DNA of 52,230 bases from an uncultured Limnohabitans sp. GTDB lineage: Bacteria; Bacteroidota; Bacteroidia; Cytophagales; Cyclobacteriaceae. Positions 48,509 to 52,230 of the stretch are shown piece by piece (position 1 is the first letter of the stretch; the number at the start of each line of letters is the position of its first letter). The translations under genes were made by a program, and so were the position numbers. The notes under the pieces are model-generated. The model searched no databases. It saw only the letters and a list, made by a program, of their open reading frames with translations, and had not been told where the DNA came from. The DNA is taken from NCBI GenBank assembly GCA_964441195.1, contig CAYTXN010000001.1, forward strand, positions 1-52,230, given 5' to 3'.

Positions 48509-49581
48509 ATTTCACCGATAAAGTAAAAGCCAAACTCGGGAATTATCAGGCCGTAATTCGCAACCGATTTTATATATTTCTAAACCGATACTATCCTACT
48601 TACTTTGATATTCAAAACCGGAAAAAGAGGATCCATGCCTTTGGATATTCCTACCCTTCGGAACTTTTTCTGGACCAAATCCCAGTAAAGGAAAAAGTAT
48701 GGGCCGAGGTAATTCCTGGACTTAAGGAAACTTACCGATTTGATTCAGAAGTTGCCTATTACGAGATGTATCAATCTGCGCGGTTTGCATTTACATGGAA
48801 AAAGGGAGGTTGGGATTGCCTGAGACATTATGAAATTATCGCAAATGGTTGTGTTCCGGTTTTTAGAGATATTGATTCTTGTCCAGAGGATACCTTGGCT
48901 AATTTACCTAAAGCACTACTTCGACAAGTTAATCAAGACTTGATTCCTTGGAAAGATTCTACTGAATACGAGGAGCTCTACAGAAAAATTTCTGCAGAAA
49001 TCCTTGAATTTGGTAAAAACCATAGCTCTTCTGAGGCAATGGGGAAAAAGTTTTTGCAGCTAGTGGATCTACCCCTTGGTTCTAAAATCCTGATGCTAAC
49101 CTGTGATCCAAATCCAAATTATTCGAGAGAATTCACTTTTATTGGGCTCAACAGGGTCTTAAAAGAATCGGGTGGAATTTGCATTTCTTATCCTGAATTA
49201 AAACCTATTTATCAAGATTATCCAGAAAAGGAGGCACTAAAACTTTACGGAAAAGGGTTTGGTTATACTCGGAGACTGGAAAGGTCTCATCCGGATGAAA
49301 TCAAAGTTTGGACGGATGACGAAGTCCGAGCATCAATCCAGGCTAAAAATTGGGATTTCATTCTCTTCGGAAAAATTGGAGTGGACGAACCCACCTTAGG
49401 TAGTCTTCCTGAATTGCCTTTTTGGAAGGAGATTCACCAAAACTACTCCCAAAATCAGATTGGTTTTCTTTATGGCGGAGACCATGACCAGAATCTTAAA
49501 GATACCGGAAGTTTACATACGCGACACCTACTTCGACATGCTAATTATGGAGTCTGCTTTGTCAGAGAGCTAAGCTTTTAG
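48505..49581 (+). CDS. Hypothetical protein, probable divergent glycosyltransferase-like domain
   Basis: 358-aa ORF coupled to the upstream gene by a GTGA overlap; Y..MY..ARF..KKGGWDCLRHYEIIANGCVP. Confidence 0.6.
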   Translation: MNFTDKVKAKLGNYQAVIRNRFYIFLNRYYPTYFDIQNRKKRIHAFGYSYPSELFLDQIPVKEKVWAEVIPGLKETYRFDSEVAYYEMYQSARFAFTWKKGGWDCLRHYEIIANGCVPVFRDIDSCPEDTLANLPKALLRQVNQDLIPWKDSTEYEELYRKISAEILEFGKNHSSSEAMGKKFLQLVDLPLGSKILMLTCDPNPNYSREFTFIGLNRVLKESGGICISYPELKPIYQDYPEKEALKLYGKGFGYTRRLERSHPDEIKVWTDDEVRASIQAKNWDFILFGKIGVDEPTLGSLPELPFWKEIHQNYSQNQIGFLYGGDHDQNLKDTGSLHTRHLLRHANYGVCFVRELSF

Positions 49582-49784
49582 AATGTTTTAAAATTCAAAT
49601 AATCTTTATTTTTTATTATTTAAGCTGTATATCCGCTTTCTTACCAGTAACCTGATTAAATATTGTTTGTAGGTCATTAGAACGTGCTGTGGACTGTAGA
49701 CCGTCGTCTGTGGTCGATTTACCGCATCTTCTAAAGCAAACTTCTAACCTATTGGCAGGTTTGCGGATAATCATAATATTTAAA

Positions 49785-50714
49785 ATGACTGCATTGAAAA
49801 AAAAAACTTTCCCAATTCCAATCGTTTTTTGTTCGGATGGAAAATTCAAAAACTTCGCTGTGGTCACGCTGATCTCAGTGATCAAAAATAACCCTGATCA
49901 TTTCTTTAGGTTTTATCTACTTTCCACCTCAAATGAAAAAGTCTGGACCGATAAAGTCAGCCGTCTAGTAGATTCGTTAGGCTCTTCCTTCTCCATTATT
50001 CCAGTGAATGAAAGTGACTTTTCTACTTTTCCTATTCTGCATCACTTTTCACCTGCAAACTATTTTCGGATTTTGATCCCCGAATTAATCCCGGATACCA
50101 AATTTCTTTACCTAGACTCGGATATCATTTGCAATGGTTCCCTGCTTCCTTTACTTGATATTGATCTGTCAAATGAAGTATTGGGTGCGGTAGAAGATCC
50201 CATTTTCATTTGGAAAGATGAGTTAGGCATGAACAAAGGAGCAAGGTATTTCAATTCAGGTGTGATGCTAATAAATGCTCTAAACTGGAGAAACCAAGAA
50301 ATAGGAAAAAAAGCATTTGAATTTATAAGTCAAAATCCAGAGAAAATCAGATTTGTGGATCAATGTGCATTGAATGCGGTTTTAAATGGGAATTGGAAAA
50401 AAATACCCTTAAAATTCAATCAGCAATCTATTCTTTTTAGGGAGGATTTCGATTTGGAAAACACCAATTGGACCCGTGAAGAAATAACTGACGCAAAGAA
50501 ATCTCCAGTCTGTATACACTTTACAGGCCCAAGTAAACCCTGGCATTATTCAGATCCCCATCCTTTGAAATCCTTGTATTGGAAATATCAAAGGGATTCG
50601 CCCTTTAGAATGAAATTTCCTGAGGGTATGGCCCCTATAGATCATATCAAACAGCTTTTTCCAAACAGCCTGAAGAAAAAATTGAAGAACTTAATATTTC
50701 AAATCAAAGATTGA
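49785..50714 (+). CDS. Glycosyltransferase family 8
   Basis: YFRILIP, LYLDSD, YFNSGVMLIN, DQCALN, IHFTGPSKPW. The ATG at 49785 is preferred over the GTG at 49689. Confidence 0.92.
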   Translation: MTALKKKTFPIPIVFCSDGKFKNFAVVTLISVIKNNPDHFFRFYLLSTSNEKVWTDKVSRLVDSLGSSFSIIPVNESDFSTFPILHHFSPANYFRILIPELIPDTKFLYLDSDIICNGSLLPLLDIDLSNEVLGAVEDPIFIWKDELGMNKGARYFNSGVMLINALNWRNQEIGKKAFEFISQNPEKIRFVDQCALNAVLNGNWKKIPLKFNQQSILFREDFDLENTNWTREEITDAKKSPVCIHFTGPSKPWHYSDPHPLKSLYWKYQRDSPFRMKFPEGMAPIDHIKQLFPNSLKKKLKNLIFQIKD

Positions 50715-51943
50715 AAAATTTGAGTTGCTTTGATTAGGCTGATGTATCGCCAAGAACCATAAATTCCCAACGCAAGGAGGATACATTGATTACACATATC
50801 AAAATAGTTGGTTGTTCGCTTGGAGGATTGAATCATGCTCTCCAAACCAATTATCCCCATGATAAACACAGGTGCAAGCCATCGAATCTCTATATAGGAT
50901 ATAATCAGGAATGAAATTGCTAGCATTGTAAATAATTGAGATGCACCAAGAAAGAAATAGCCTCGATTTCCGGTTTTAAAATAAAGAGAAAGTCCTATCA
51001 AGGGAAACATAACAGCAAGTCCACTTTGTCTAAATCCCGAATAAACCATATAAATGAAATCTTTGACAAACTCCTTTAGAGTAAATGAAATGTCAAATAA
51101 TATTGCCTCTAGACTGGTTTTTGGAAGACTTTCATCCCCATTTTCCTGAACATATTCTAATGTCTGTTCCCAAGTCACATGACTGAATTGTGGGATTTTG
51201 CCTTCATTGGCATAGATCTGAGAAAGATACTGTCTTTGAACCCATGTCAGACCCAATTGGAAAATGGTGTCTTTGTTGTCAAAACTTATTAGCCCATTTG
51301 ATTGAATGGAGGGAATATTCAAACCAAACCATAGAAACCCAGTCGCGAAAACTGTCAGGTATTCCTTTCTATAAATTACTTTTCGAAAATATACCAGAAA
51401 CAACCCACAAATGATTACTGGAAAATAAATGATCGCCATCATTCTTGTAAAAAGAGCGGTGACCATGCAGGCTAATGCGTAGAGTGGAATTCTTTCTTGT
51501 CTTTTCATTAACACAAGGAAGACTTCAGTAAAAAAAACCGTTAAAAGACAAAAAAGGAGATTATCATTGGTTCCCAAGAGAAAAGACCCAGAAAATAAAT
51601 AAAATAAAATATGGTTTTTGAAACTTTGAGATTTGAAATTCAACCTGCGTTTTAGGTAAAAAAATAAAAATAACGAACCGGCTAAACTGCTGATTCTTAG
51701 AGCCATATAACACGGAAAGATCAAACACAGAGGATAAACTATCAGGGAATAGGGAAGTGAAAAGTTTCCAGCTTGAATAAGCCAATAGAACCCTTGGTGC
51801 TTTCCTTCCTCTAGGTAAAGAGACATCAAGCCTTCATCTCCTTCCCCCGGAGCCAGAAAAAACACCCAATATAAAATACCTAAAAAGACATAAAATAGCA
51901 CCAAAGGTTTCACCACCTGGGCGACGGATGTGATTTTTATCAT
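50699..51943 (-). CDS. Polytopic membrane protein, possible GT-C fold transferase
   Basis: About 10 TM; GDE after the first TM; large central loop; EIRW near the C-terminus. Confidence 0.6.
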   Translation of the reverse strand: MIKITSVAQVVKPLVLFYVFLGILYWVFFLAPGEGDEGLMSLYLEEGKHQGFYWLIQAGNFSLPYSLIVYPLCLIFPCYMALRISSLAGSLFLFFYLKRRLNFKSQSFKNHILFYLFSGSFLLGTNDNLLFCLLTVFFTEVFLVLMKRQERIPLYALACMVTALFTRMMAIIYFPVIICGLFLVYFRKVIYRKEYLTVFATGFLWFGLNIPSIQSNGLISFDNKDTIFQLGLTWVQRQYLSQIYANEGKIPQFSHVTWEQTLEYVQENGDESLPKTSLEAILFDISFTLKEFVKDFIYMVYSGFRQSGLAVMFPLIGLSLYFKTGNRGYFFLGASQLFTMLAISFLIISYIEIRWLAPVFIMGIIGLESMIQSSKRTTNYFDMCNQCILLALGIYGSWRYISLIKATQIFQSLI

Positions 51944-52042
51944 TCTGGGCGTTGAAAAAGCATTTGCACAATAATATTACCTTAAAACAAAACATTCTGC
52001 ATTTTCTGCAATAATTTGTAGTCAAAAAGAATTAAGCATTAA

Positions 52043-52230
52043 GTGAAAAACCTAAATAATATACTGGTTATCGGATTAGGATCTATTGGCTCCCGACATG
52101 TTTCTAATTTATTATTAATGGGATATGAGAAGATTACCCTCCTTACTCGAAGAAAAGAATTTCCTTCTCACTGGCCTGAATTCCCGGTATATTCAGCCTT
52201 TTCACAAATTCCCAATAGTTCAGAATTCAC
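52043..52230 (+). CDS. Gfo/Idh/MocA-family oxidoreductase (5' part; runs off the window end)
   Basis: Manual translation from the GTG at 52043: MKNLNNILVIGLGSIGSRHVSNL..., open to the window end; Rossmann motif GxGSIGxRH. Confidence 0.75.
   Translation, partial: MKNLNNILVIGLGSIGSRHVSNLLLMGYEKITLLTRRKEFPSHWPEFPVYSAFSQIPNSSEF

Noticed and set aside
1042..52025. Numerous 60-140 aa antisense or alternate-frame ORFs in the ORF track
   Set aside because: Nearly all lie within well-supported genes and have no recognisable motifs; treated as shadow ORFs.

Overview
Bacteroidota DNA; the gene style suggests Cytophagales/Cyclobacteriaceae (inference). The first ~7.7 kb holds ordinary genes: partial thyA, an MMPL transporter, an EEP hydrolase, a DUF2911 lipoprotein, an Ntn-hydrolase acylase and a small membrane protein. 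From 7.7 kb to the window end lie two tandem surface-polysaccharide loci on the + strand. Locus 1 (7765-30920) has a wHTH regulator, a large SLBB export protein, ugd, Wzz, WbpE/D/B, WecE/WecF-like genes, Wzx/Wzy, several GTs, a GH123-like glycosidase and Wzi. Locus 2 (31167-~50714) has a UDP-HexNAc dehydrogenase, Wza, Wzc, a PglK-like ABC exporter, about 10 GTs and an O-antigen ligase/polymerase. The most notable non-coding signal is that both loci start with the same two cis-elements, about 23 kb apart. The first is the palindrome AATGAGTA-N7-TACTCATT, which contains the Bacteroidota -7 promoter box TAnnTTTG. The second is a downstream ops/JUMPstart-like leader motif, GCTAAG-N6/7-TGTGACYGAAAGGGCGAAGCT. 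An intrinsic terminator also sits inside locus 2, after wzc. Together these suggest a two-tier repressor plus antitermination circuit centred on a wHTH/degenerate-nucleotidyltransferase protein (inference). I saw no rRNA, tRNA, CRISPR array or mobile element.
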